Position numbers and translations under genes: made by a program
Part shown: in pieces, positions 37,945 to 47,595 of the stretch
Numbering within the stretch: the stretch's first letter is position 1
How the letters are laid out: each line of letters starts with the position of its first letter
Source: an uncultured Candidatus Binatia bacterium
GTDB lineage: Bacteria; Desulfobacterota; Binatia; UBA9968; JAJDTQ01
Length of the DNA stretch: 64,000 nt
NCBI GenBank assembly: GCA_964291295.2
Contig: OZ219754.1
Location: forward strand, 3,200,001-3,264,000
Direction of reading: 5' to 3'
The notes under the pieces: model-generated
Told to the model about the DNA's origin: nothing
The model's input: only the letters and a program-made list of their open reading frames with translations
Database searches by the model: none

Positions 37945-38571
37945 CTACAGGATCCGGATCTTCGCCCTGTTGTAGGCGGCCACGGACGCGGCGGCCGCGC
38001 CGCTTCGGGGGTAGTCCGCGGCCTCCAGGCTCCACACCATGGTGTCCCTCACGAGCCCTTCGGCGTCCGTCTTGTTGCCGTGGAGCGTCGAACGGTGGGT
38101 GTAGCCCAGCTTCTCCGCCACCCGGGCGCTGGCGGCGTTCCGCGGGTCGCAGCGTATCTCCACCCGTTCCACGCCGTAGATCTCGAAAGCCACCCGTGTC
38201 AGCGCGGCTGCGGACTCGGTGGCCAGCCCCCTGTTGGCATGGGTCTGCCCGACCCAATAGCCGATCTCCCGCGCGTCCCGGTTCTCCCGCGCATGCAGGC
38301 CGGTGCCGCCGATGATCCGGAGGCCGTCGGCGCCGAAGATGCCGTAGACAGCGTCCCGCCGTGACAGGAAGTCGTCCCGGAAGCGCCGCAGCCGTTCCGT
38401 CTTCATCTCAAGGGATTCCGGTTCCTGGCGCGCCCAGTCCATCCACGGACGCAGATAGTCCAGATTGTCGTTGATCGTGCGCTGCAACAGGTTCGCATCC
38501 GTCGGATGCCAGCAGCGCAGGATCAGCCGCGGCGTGTGAATGCTGTACGCCAGTCCCGAGCGGCGCGCCAT
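37945..38571 (-). CDS. GNAT acetyltransferase (RimJ/RimL type)
   Basis: TPRLILR, EIGYW, NRGLATE, NAASARVAEKLGY. Confidence 0.92.
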   Translation of the reverse strand: MARRSGLAYSIHTPRLILRCWHPTDANLLQRTINDNLDYLRPWMDWARQEPESLEMKTERLRRFRDDFLSRRDAVYGIFGADGLRIIGGTGLHARENRDAREIGYWVGQTHANRGLATESAAALTRVAFEIYGVERVEIRCDPRNAASARVAEKLGYTHRSTLHGNKTDAEGLVRDTMVWSLEAADYPRSGAAAASVAAYNRAKIRIL

Positions 38572-38679
38572 CCGTCTCTCGTCCTGCCTCAAGCGCCGCC
38601 CCTCGCTGGCGGAAATGCGGCCTCCCGCGCTCTCCGGGCGCACGGGTCCGGGCGGCCGTCGCCAACCGCCCGGGCGGCA

Positions 38680-38807
38680 GCCCGGCGATGCCGGCCGCAG
38701 GCCGTTCCCGCCACCTCCATGCCTGGCCCACCGCGACAGAACGCGGCAGCCCGGGCGATGTCGTTGACGGGGATGGTGCAGTGAGGGAGTTCCCGGGTCT
38801 TGACCAT
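38680..38807 (-). pseudogene. VOC/glyoxalase N-terminal remnant
   Basis: GGGAGG RBS, MVKTRELPHCTIPVNDIARAAAF..GMEV, then degenerates. Confidence 0.5.
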
Positions 38808-38853
38808 GTCCGACCTCCCTGCCCGCCCTGCGCTCTCAATCGGATCACGGGAC

Positions 38854-38932
38854 GAAAATGGCGGGAAGAGAAAACAGCGGGAAGAAAGAATAACGAAAAA
38901 ACAACAACGGGAAAAAGAATAACCGGAAAAAA
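38854..38932. repeat. A-rich degenerate ~15-16 bp tandem repeats
   Basis: About 5 units, e.g. GAAAACAGCGGGAAGA, GAATAACCGGAAAAA. Confidence 0.6.
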
Positions 38933-39014
38933 CGTGCTATGGAGAGGCTTTTGTCGTCGCCCTGACACCCGACACCACAGAAACCCTAATGGCAATCCGC
39001 CGAGGAGACCACCG

Positions 39015-40298
39015 GTGAACGACCTGTGCCGACTTTCCGCCAGCGAAGCCGTGGAGCGCATCAACCAGGGCAGGGTCACCTCCGAGGAACTGGTCCGGGC
39101 GTGCCTGGAGCGCATCGAGGAACGAGAATCGGAGGTGGAGGCTTGGGTCCACCTCGACGCCGACTACTCGCTGGCCCAGGCCCGGGCACGCGACCGGGCA
39201 TCGCACCACGGCCCGCTGCACGGCATTCCCTTCGCGGTCAAGGATATCATGGACACGGCCGACATGCCCACGGCCTACGGCTCGCCGATATGGCAAGGCT
39301 TCCGCCCCCGGGCGGACGCCGCCTGCGTGGCCATGACCCGAGCCGCCGGGGGTGTCCTGCTGGGCAAGACCGTCACCACGGAGTTCGCCAGCCGCCATCC
39401 CGGCAAGACCCGGAATCCGCACGACCCGACGCACACGCCCGGCGGCTCCTCCAGCGGCTCGGCCGCGGCGGTGGCCGATTTCATGACGTTCATGGCCTTC
39501 GGCACCCAGACCCTCGGATCGGTCATCCGACCGGCGTCGTTCTGCGGCTGCGTGGGCTACAAGCCGAGCTACGGCGAGATCAGCACCACCGGTGTCAAGG
39601 AGAACACCGGCTCTTTCGACACGGTGGGGCTGTTCGGCCGCGCGGTGGACGACCTGCCGCTCTTCCGGGCGGCGGTCACCGGCGAGCCCATCCGGCGGTT
39701 GCAACCGGTGCCGGTCAAGGGCCTTCGGGTGGGGCTGTGCCGCACGCCGATGTGGGCCAAGGCCAGGGACTACACCCAGGGCTTCGTGGAAGGCGCCGCC
39801 ACGCAACTCGCCAAGGCCGGGGCGGCGGTATCGGACCTGGATCTCGGCGGACCGTTCGGCGCGTTCGAAACCATGGGCCGCCGGGTCAGCGACTACGAGA
39901 TCTCCCGCGCGCTGTCGTGGGAGAGAACCCGCCACTTCGACCTGCTGAGCGAATTCCAACAGGGCAAGATGAGGGGCTGGCCGGTGGTTTCGTACGCACA
40001 GTACCGGGAGGCGGAAGGCGTGATCGCCGCCTGCCGGGCCTGGCTGGAGGAAGCTTCGAGAGAGCTGGACGTACTGCTGACTCCAAGTGCCACGGGCGAG
40101 GCGCCCCAGGGGCTGGACGACACCGGAGACACGGCCTTCAACCTCCTCGCCACCTGGACCGGCGCACCGTGCGTGACCCTGCCCTTGTTCAAGGGACCCG
40201 CGGGACTCCCCGTGGGCCTGCAACTGGTGGGCCGCCGCGGCCACGACCCGCGGTTGTTCGATATAAGCCGCACCGTACTCGCGGTGATGTCCACGTAA
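39015..40298 (+). CDS. Amidase signature family protein
   Basis: GPLHGIPFAVKD, PGGSSSGSAAAVA, GTQTLGSVIRPA; GAGGAG RBS before GTG. Confidence 0.93.
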   Translation: MNDLCRLSASEAVERINQGRVTSEELVRACLERIEERESEVEAWVHLDADYSLAQARARDRASHHGPLHGIPFAVKDIMDTADMPTAYGSPIWQGFRPRADAACVAMTRAAGGVLLGKTVTTEFASRHPGKTRNPHDPTHTPGGSSSGSAAAVADFMTFMAFGTQTLGSVIRPASFCGCVGYKPSYGEISTTGVKENTGSFDTVGLFGRAVDDLPLFRAAVTGEPIRRLQPVPVKGLRVGLCRTPMWAKARDYTQGFVEGAATQLAKAGAAVSDLDLGGPFGAFETMGRRVSDYEISRALSWERTRHFDLLSEFQQGKMRGWPVVSYAQYREAEGVIAACRAWLEEASRELDVLLTPSATGEAPQGLDDTGDTAFNLLATWTGAPCVTLPLFKGPAGLPVGLQLVGRRGHDPRLFDISRTVLAVMST

Positions 40299-40366
40299 CC
40301 GGGCCACTGTCGGTTGGCGCTTCGTCATCCGGCCTGATGGCCCCAACCCGATCCGGAGGAAATGCC

Positions 40367-41740
40367 ATGGAACGCTTGAACTCGATCATCGACACCGTCA
40401 ACGCCTTCGCATGGGGTCCGCCCATGCTGGGCATGCTGGGGGTGACCGGTCTGCTCCTCACCCTTGGTCTGGTGTTCATGCCCTGGCGCAAGGTGGGCTA
40501 CGGCTTCCGGCTGCTGTTCGACAAGAGCGGCGCCGTCGGCGAGGGCGAGGTCAAGCCCTTCAACGCGCTGATGACGGCGCTGTCGGCCACGGTGGGCACC
40601 GGCAACATCGCCGGCGTCGCCACGGCCATTGCCCTGGGTGGACCGGGGGCGATCTTCTACATGTGGCTGATCGCCATGTTCGGCATGGCCACCAAGTACG
40701 CCGAGGCGGTGTGCGCCGTCACCTACCGCGAGGTGGACCGCAACGGCAGGTACGTGGGCGGTCCGATGTACTATCTGCGCAACGGCGTGGGCCAGTTCGC
40801 CCCCGAACTGGGCAAGTGGCTCGGGCTGGGGTTCGCGGTGTTCGGCGCGGTGGCCGCCTTCGGCATCGGCAACGCGGTGCAGGTCAACTCCATGGCCACG
40901 GCGCTGGCGGACAGCTTCGCCGTTCCCACCTGGGTCACCGGGCTGGTGGTGGCGGTGCTCGTGGGCATCGTGGTCATCGGCGGAATCCGGCGCATCGGCG
41001 AGGTGGCGGGCAAGCTGGTGCCGGCCATGATCGTGCTCTACATCGGCAGCGCCCTGCTGATCATCGCCATCAACATCACCGCGGTACCGGCGGCCATCGC
41101 GCTGATCTTCACCCATGCCTTCACCCCGGCCGCGGCGGCCGGCGGTTTTGCCGGGGCGGCGGTGGCGGCGGCGGTTCGCTTCGGCGTGGCCCGGGGCGTC
41201 TTCTCGAACGAGTCCGGCCTGGGTTCCGCGGCCATCGCCCATGCGGCGGCACAGACCAACAGCCCGGTGCGGCAGGGCATCATCGCCATGCTGGGAACCT
41301 TCATCGACACCCTCGTGGTCTGCACCATGACCGCGCTGGTGATCCTGACCTCCGGCGCCTGGACCCTGACCGGGGCGGACGGCGGCGGCCTCACCGGCGT
41401 GGTGCTCACCGCCGCGGGCTTCGAGAGCACCGTGACCGGCGGGCGCTACGTCGTCACCGTGGCACTGGCCGTGTTCGCCTTCACCACCATCCTCGGATGG
41501 TCCTACTACGGCGAGCGCTGCTGGCAATATCTGTTCAGCGAGAACAGCCTGGTGATCTACCGGGCGCTGTGGGTGCTGGCGGCCCTGACCTTCGCCAACG
41601 TGAAGGTCGACTTCGTCTGGAACCTGTCGGACACCCTCAACGGCCTGATGGCGGTGCCCAACCTCATCGGCCTGTTGCTGCTGGCGCCGATGGTCTTCAA
41701 GGTCACGCGCGAACACTTCGACAAGGCGGAGAACCGATAG
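40367..41740 (+). CDS. Alanine/glycine:cation symporter (AGCS)
   Basis: ATVGTGNIAGVA, GGPMYY, RGVFSNESGLG, FAFTTILGWSYYGE. Confidence 0.96.
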   Translation: MERLNSIIDTVNAFAWGPPMLGMLGVTGLLLTLGLVFMPWRKVGYGFRLLFDKSGAVGEGEVKPFNALMTALSATVGTGNIAGVATAIALGGPGAIFYMWLIAMFGMATKYAEAVCAVTYREVDRNGRYVGGPMYYLRNGVGQFAPELGKWLGLGFAVFGAVAAFGIGNAVQVNSMATALADSFAVPTWVTGLVVAVLVGIVVIGGIRRIGEVAGKLVPAMIVLYIGSALLIIAINITAVPAAIALIFTHAFTPAAAAGGFAGAAVAAAVRFGVARGVFSNESGLGSAAIAHAAAQTNSPVRQGIIAMLGTFIDTLVVCTMTALVILTSGAWTLTGADGGGLTGVVLTAAGFESTVTGGRYVVTVALAVFAFTTILGWSYYGERCWQYLFSENSLVIYRALWVLAALTFANVKVDFVWNLSDTLNGLMAVPNLIGLLLLAPMVFKVTREHFDKAENR

Positions 41741-41861
41741 TCCGGCCCCGGGGCGCCCGTCTGATGCCGACCGGATATCCATCGGTCGGGCACCCCGGCC
41801 CGTGCGCGCCGTTACTCCGGCTTCCGGCTTTCGGTCCGCCCCGCGGCGGGCGGCGACACGG

Positions 41862-43214
41862 TCAACCGCCGGCGTCCGCCCGCCCCTCCGGGTGGAACAA
41901 CTCCGTGGCGTCGAGCCTGCGCTGATACTCCAGGTATTCCCGCTTCGTCATCCGGGGCCGGGTCTCGCGCAGGATCCGGCGCGCCTGCGCGGCGTCGCCG
42001 TACAGCAGGTCGATGGCCGTCATGGCCAGCAGCTTGGCTGACTTGACGTAGACCGAGTCGCGGTCCACCAGCAGGTAGTCACGGGTGTGGCCGCCGCCGG
42101 CGGCACCGGCGACGTAGGGATGCAGCGCCGGCATGATGTGCGACAGGTCGCCGAAGTCGGTGCTGCTGGTGCGGTGCCCGGTACCGAGACGGAACCGACC
42201 GGCGCCGAACACGCACTCGGCGTTCTCGCCCCATAGACGGGCCATGGCCTCGTTGTTCGCCTGCGGCAGGTAGCCCGGCGCGGTGGTGATCTCCACCGAC
42301 GCGCCCACCGCCAGGGCCGCGCCCCTCAATGCCTGGTCCACCTTGCGGTTGGCATCCAGGATGCCTTCGAGGGTCTTCCCGCGAATGAACGTTTCGAGGG
42401 TCACCTCCGCCGGCACCACGCTCACCGCGTCGCCGCCGCGGGTGACGATGGGGTGGATGCGGATGGTGTCGTCGTCGTGGAAGGTCTCGCGCTGATAGGC
42501 GATGGCGGTCAGGGCGAGCGATGCGGCGTTGAGGGCGTTGATGCCCTTCTGCGGGCTGCCGCCCGCGTGCGCGGCCCTGCCCAGGAAACGGATCTTCTTG
42601 ATGATGGCGCCGTTGGACGACCCGGCCACATGGGAGGCCAGGGTCTCGTCGGACTCGGTATGGAACATCATCGCCAGATCCACGTCGTCGAAGTGGCCGA
42701 GCCGGATGAGTTCTGCCTTGCCGGCAAGGAACTCGAGTTCGCGGCGCGCCTTGCGTTGCATGCGCTCGTCCACGTCGATCATCTCCTCGGCCGGAACGGC
42801 GAAGAACACCAGCGAGCCACACAACCCGGGCCACACCCCGTCGGACAGGAGCCCCATGGCCGCGCCCACCATCGCCGCCACCTGCGCGTTGTGGCCGCAG
42901 GCATGGGCCGCGCCGGTACGCGGGTCGGCATGGGGATGGTCCGGCACACGAAGCGCATCCAGTTCCCCCAGGATGGCCAGCGTCGGACCCGGAGCCGGGC
43001 AGTCCCGCCGGCCCTTGACGCCGGTCAGGGCCAGGCCGCGGCGCGGCTCGATGCCGAGGCCCTGGAGCCCCGCTGCCACCCGCTCCGCGGTGCGAACCTC
43101 GTTGAAGCCGGTCTCGGGGCTTCGCAGGATCGTTTCACCCAGATCGATGATCTCCTGCCGGCGGGCATCGATGGTCCGGCAGGCCTCGGCCTTCAACGCC
43201 TCCCCGGACTTCAT
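41862..43214 (-). CDS. M20-family amidohydrolase
   Basis: PETGFNE, ELDAL, HACGH, PAEE, GRAAHAG, STDFG. Confidence 0.92.
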   Translation of the reverse strand: MKSGEALKAEACRTIDARRQEIIDLGETILRSPETGFNEVRTAERVAAGLQGLGIEPRRGLALTGVKGRRDCPAPGPTLAILGELDALRVPDHPHADPRTGAAHACGHNAQVAAMVGAAMGLLSDGVWPGLCGSLVFFAVPAEEMIDVDERMQRKARRELEFLAGKAELIRLGHFDDVDLAMMFHTESDETLASHVAGSSNGAIIKKIRFLGRAAHAGGSPQKGINALNAASLALTAIAYQRETFHDDDTIRIHPIVTRGGDAVSVVPAEVTLETFIRGKTLEGILDANRKVDQALRGAALAVGASVEITTAPGYLPQANNEAMARLWGENAECVFGAGRFRLGTGHRTSSTDFGDLSHIMPALHPYVAGAAGGGHTRDYLLVDRDSVYVKSAKLLAMTAIDLLYGDAAQARRILRETRPRMTKREYLEYQRRLDATELFHPEGRADAGG

Positions 43215-43762
43215 GGGCCTTCTCCCGTCATCACCCCCGCCAACGGTCCGGACCCGCCGGGCACAGGCGGCCGGCCCTGCCGGAGCGCCCCCTCGAGCAG
43301 CGCCAGGGCGGCTCTGGTGAAGGCCCACATGTTGACTTCGCGGTCCGAGTCGCCGGTCTCGAGGGTCATGGCCCTTTCCACCGGTCCGACGATGGCCATG
43401 CAACTGTGCCCGGCGGCGTCGCCGTAGCGGTTGCCGGCCGGGCCGGCGGCGCCGCTTTCCGAGAGACCCCAAGTGGTGTGCAAGCGCCCCCGGATCAGCC
43501 TTGCCATGTTCCGCGCATGGGATTCGGTGCTGCCGCGCGCCGCCGCCTCGCTCTCGGACATGCCCAGCAGACCGGTGCGGGCGTACCGGGTGTAGATGAC
43601 GCCGCCGCCAACGAACCAGGCCGAGGCACCCGGCAGCGACAGCAGCGCCGCGGAAATCAGGCCGCCGGTGGACGACTCGGCAACCGCCACGGTCTCGCCC
43701 CGTTCCTTCAGCATTCCGCCCACCGAACGTCCCAACGTGATCAGATCCGGCATGGACTCCAT
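43211..43762 (-). CDS. CinA/PncC family protein
   Basis: VAVAESSTGGLI, GASAWF, ESGAAGP. Confidence 0.9.
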   Translation of the reverse strand: MESMPDLITLGRSVGGMLKERGETVAVAESSTGGLISAALLSLPGASAWFVGGGVIYTRYARTGLLGMSESEAAARGSTESHARNMARLIRGRLHTTWGLSESGAAGPAGNRYGDAAGHSCMAIVGPVERAMTLETGDSDREVNMWAFTRAALALLEGALRQGRPPVPGGSGPLAGVMTGEGP

Positions 43763-43787
43763 CCCTTCCCGCTTCCGGCCCCGGCCG

Positions 43788-45320
43788 TCATGACGGATGT
43801 GGAGCGTCCCGACCTCGGACAGGTGCCCCGGGCACGGCGGCGAGGGCGGTTCCCGGCCGCCGCTCCCCGCCCTTCCGCAGCAACAGCGAAAGGCCCGGCC
43901 GCCGCACGTGGATACCCGCATGGCGCTTCCAGTCGGTCAGCCGCTCCATCAACGCCACCACCGACAGACCGGCGTCCGGGTATTCCCGGGGCGGACCGGC
44001 GGCGCGCATGGCGGCGATCTCCTCCTGGGGCAACATCCACCGGAGCAGCAGTTCCTCGTCGCTCACCCCCGAGCCGCCGAGCTTGCGCCGTACCTCCTTG
44101 ATGGTGGGGTCCGGCGGCACCCACCGGGCCATCTCTCTGCCCCGGGGGCGGTCGAGAATCCTGTCCTTGACGCCAGCGTCCATGATCTCGGCGCCTTCGC
44201 GGCCCCAGAGCCCCAACGCGTACTGGATGACCTGGTCGGTGACTTCCCGGTAACGGGCACCGACGATGACATTGATGGCCGCCTGGCTGCCCACGAACTG
44301 CGACAACGGCGTGACCATGATGGGATGGCCCAGATCCGCACGCACCCGCACCACCTCTTCGAGGGCCTCCTCCGTCTTGTGTTCCAGCCCCACCTTGCGC
44401 AGTTGGTGGCGCAGGTTCGAGATCATTCCTCCGGGAACCTGATGCTGGTACTGGGCATGGTCGTACTCCACCGGAGCACCCACGGGAAACCCCTCCCGCC
44501 GGGCTACGGCGGCGAAGTGCGCCGACACGGCCGCCAGGGCATCGGTGTCCACCGCGCATGCGTAGCCCAAGGCGCGCAGGTTGGCGGCGACGCTGAACAC
44601 GGAGGGATTCGAGGAAGCGTTGGCCAACGGCGGGACCGCCGTGTTGACCGTGCGGATGCCGAGCTTCACCGCCTCCAGACAGCACAGGGGGCCCAGCCCG
44701 GTGGTACAGTGGGTGTGCAGCTCCACCGGGATGCCGCCGGCGTTCTCGAAGATCACCGGCACCACGCTGCGGATGCGCTCGGGGGTGAGCAGACCGCCGG
44801 GATCCTTGAGGCAAAGCAGCGGCACGCCCAGCGACGCGGCCTCCCGAGTCTTCCGCGCGTAGTACGCGTCGGTGTGCTTCGGCGATACCGAGTAGATCAG
44901 ATTGACGATGGGCTGAAGGCCGTTGTTGCGGGCAATGCCGACCTTGCGCCGCCAGCCCTCGAGGTCGTTCCACTCCTCCGAGATGCGCGCCTGGCGAATG
45001 CCGTTGGCCGCCATCCGCTCGATGAACAGTTCGTACACCGACACCGGCGTGATCTCGAACGCGTTCACCCGGCCCGCCATCAGCCGCAACGGCGTCCGGG
45101 TGATGCGTTGGGCCACCCGCCGCACCCGGTCCCACGGGTCTTCCCCGAGTTCGCGGACGCACTTCTTGAGGTGGGAAGCCGACATCAACTCGATGGCGTC
45201 GAAGCCGGCCTCGTCCATGGTCCGGGCCACGGGCAGCATCATGCCGGTGGTCATGCGCTCCGCCCAGAGGCTCTGGTGCCCGTCCCGCAACGTGGTGTCC
45301 ACGAATCGGATTTCGTTCAT
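43788..45320 (-). CDS. Pyruvate carboxylase B / oxaloacetate decarboxylase alpha-like carboxyltransferase without biotinyl domain
   Basis: DTTLRDGHQSL, LKDPGG, HTHCTTG, HQVPGGM, MVTPLSQ; no EAMKM. Confidence 0.88.
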   Translation of the reverse strand: MNEIRFVDTTLRDGHQSLWAERMTTGMMLPVARTMDEAGFDAIELMSASHLKKCVRELGEDPWDRVRRVAQRITRTPLRLMAGRVNAFEITPVSVYELFIERMAANGIRQARISEEWNDLEGWRRKVGIARNNGLQPIVNLIYSVSPKHTDAYYARKTREAASLGVPLLCLKDPGGLLTPERIRSVVPVIFENAGGIPVELHTHCTTGLGPLCCLEAVKLGIRTVNTAVPPLANASSNPSVFSVAANLRALGYACAVDTDALAAVSAHFAAVARREGFPVGAPVEYDHAQYQHQVPGGMISNLRHQLRKVGLEHKTEEALEEVVRVRADLGHPIMVTPLSQFVGSQAAINVIVGARYREVTDQVIQYALGLWGREGAEIMDAGVKDRILDRPRGREMARWVPPDPTIKEVRRKLGGSGVSDEELLLRWMLPQEEIAAMRAAGPPREYPDAGLSVVALMERLTDWKRHAGIHVRRPGLSLLLRKGGERRPGTALAAVPGAPVRGRDAPHPS

Positions 45321-45406
45321 CTGTCTCGCTCATGCCTGCGCGGACGCACGGCTGTTCCGCCCGAAGGCGCGGAGCGACGGGCCGGTCGCCCCGCGCCCAC
45401 GAGCCG

Positions 45407-46576
45407 CTACTTCAGGATGCGGGGACCGAAAAGCGTCACCGCGTTGTCCCACAGGATCCTGGCCTTGGCCTGGTCCGGGATCGGTTGCGCATCCAGGTCG
45501 GGCAACGCCTGCTCCGGCCGTGGCGCATCCGGATGCGGATAGTCCGTGTTCCAGGCAATGTTGTCGCCGTTCAGGTGGTCCACCGCGCAGGCCAGCGCGC
45601 GCTCGTCGCTGTCGCAGGTCACCGTGATCTGGCGCCTGAAGTACTCGCTGGGCCGCATCGGCAGGCGCTCCACCGCATTGCCCATGACGCTGTTGCGGCC
45701 GTGGGTATGCTGGTCCATGCGCCCGAGCCAGAAAGGCACCCAGCCCACATTGGACTCGAGAATCCCCAACCGCAGTTCGGGGAAACGTTCCAGGACGCCG
45801 GTGAAGATGAACTGTCCCATGGTGGCCATGTTGTCGCACGGGAACCCCAGGGCGTGGTCGAGGCCGCGCAGGGCAAGCTGCTGCATGTCACGGTCATCGA
45901 CGTTGCCGCGGTTGCCACCGGCAAAGGGATGGAAACGGCGCTGGCGGTACTCCCCGTGCACGGAGATGGGAAAATCCAGTTCGCATGCCAGCCGCCACAG
46001 CGCGTCGTACTCGGGCTCGTGCAGCCACCTGCCCTCGGGCAGGAGCGGATTGCGCACGGACACGGCGCCCAGCGTCTCCACCGCCCGCCGCGCCTCCACG
46101 AGCATGGCGTCCGTGTCCGAGCCCGGCAGCACGGCCACGAACTTGAGGCGCCCGGGGTTGGCGTCGCAGTAGTCCCGGCACCAGTTGTTGTAGGCGCGGC
46201 ACATGGCGGCCCCCAGCCTGGCGTCCTTGAGCGCCACCCGGTAGGCGAAGTTGCCGTTGTTGCCCGTGGGCAGCAGCACTTGAACGTCCCAGCCGTGGGT
46301 GTCCATGTCCCTCAGACGGGTCTCCGGGGACCACCACGTACGATAGCCGTCGCCGTACCGGGCCTCCATGTCGGCCCAGGCGGTGGCCGGCAGCCGGGGC
46401 TGCTTCTCGGTCCCGGGGATGATGCGTCCATCCGCTTCGTAGACCATGAAGGCGCCGTCCATGAAGGCGACCCTGGGAACCTGGTCCCGGTACGGGGGCT
46501 CGACGTACCGTTCCCACAGATACTGCGGCTCGTGCATGTGCGCGTCCGCGTCGATAACCTTGAATCCCTTCCACAT
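45407..46576 (-). CDS. Amidohydrolase_2 family protein
   Basis: IDADAHMHEP, AYNNW, LESNVGW, WNTDYPHPD. Confidence 0.92.
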   Translation of the reverse strand: MWKGFKVIDADAHMHEPQYLWERYVEPPYRDQVPRVAFMDGAFMVYEADGRIIPGTEKQPRLPATAWADMEARYGDGYRTWWSPETRLRDMDTHGWDVQVLLPTGNNGNFAYRVALKDARLGAAMCRAYNNWCRDYCDANPGRLKFVAVLPGSDTDAMLVEARRAVETLGAVSVRNPLLPEGRWLHEPEYDALWRLACELDFPISVHGEYRQRRFHPFAGGNRGNVDDRDMQQLALRGLDHALGFPCDNMATMGQFIFTGVLERFPELRLGILESNVGWVPFWLGRMDQHTHGRNSVMGNAVERLPMRPSEYFRRQITVTCDSDERALACAVDHLNGDNIAWNTDYPHPDAPRPEQALPDLDAQPIPDQAKARILWDNAVTLFGPRILK

Positions 46577-46923
46577 GGCGGCGCTCCCTTCCGTCGTGGC
46601 GACCATGGAAATCCCGGCGTCCTGCCCGCGGGCGCGGGCCAGTGTCCCCTGTTTATCCCCTGTTTCGCGGCCTGCTTCAACCGGACCACGCGGCGGCCGG
46701 AGCGATCCGCGGGGAAAACGGCCTTCAGGTCACGGCGCCAGCCCTGCATCGGGTGCCAGCCCCGCGTCGCGGTGACGATTCCCCGTGACGATTTCTTCAG
46801 GGTCGCCGGCACGCAGTCCGCACGTCAAGCCGGCCGGGTTCGACGGACTCGACGCCGCCGGTGCGCCGCCGGCGCGGTTGCGGTCAGAGGAGCGGCCCTG
46901 TAATCAGGGAAGGGGAGGTCCGC

Positions 46924-47595
46924 ATGGAAGAAAAGACCGTATCCGTATCGTTGCCAGCTGTCCTTCCCGTGTTCCCCCTGACCGGCGTGCTGCTGTTGCC
47001 CGGGACGCGGTTGCCACTGCACATTTTCGAGCCCCGCTACCGGAACATGGTGCATGACGCCCTTGAAGCGGAAGGCGTCTTCGGCATGATCCAGCCCTTC
47101 GTGCCGCAGAACGACAACCGGCCGCAGCCGGGTGCCGAACAGGCCGCGCCGGAATTGTACGCAGTGGGATGCGCCGGGCACATCGAACGATGGGAGCAAT
47201 CCCCGGACGGCCGCTACATGGTGGAGCTTCGGGGCGTCAGCCGCTTCCGCGTCGAGGAAGAACTCTCCCCGGAACGAGGCTACCGGCGGGTGCGGCCCGA
47301 CTACGCCTGTTTTGACGACCTGGAGGAAACGGAGCCCGCGGCCATCGACCGCCCGCGCCTCACGCAGGCACTCCGGCGCTACGCCGAGACACGCGGCCTG
47401 GCCCTTGATCTGGACCCGCTCGACCCCATACCCGATACCGATCTCGTCAACTTCCTGGGGGCGGCGATGCCCTTCCATCCGGCGGAAAAGCAGGCGCTGC
47501 TGGAGGCTCGCTCCGTGGAAGAGCGGGAAAGGGTCCTCGCCAGCCTTCTGGAGTTCGGCGGCGGCACCCGTTCCGGCTCCCGTACTCTCAACTAG
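46924..47595 (+). CDS. LON substrate-binding domain protein
   Basis: LPVFPL, PLHIFEPRYRNM, VGCAG, EKQALLE. Confidence 0.92.
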   Translation: MEEKTVSVSLPAVLPVFPLTGVLLLPGTRLPLHIFEPRYRNMVHDALEAEGVFGMIQPFVPQNDNRPQPGAEQAAPELYAVGCAGHIERWEQSPDGRYMVELRGVSRFRVEEELSPERGYRRVRPDYACFDDLEETEPAAIDRPRLTQALRRYAETRGLALDLDPLDPIPDTDLVNFLGAAMPFHPAEKQALLEARSVEERERVLASLLEFGGGTRSGSRTLN

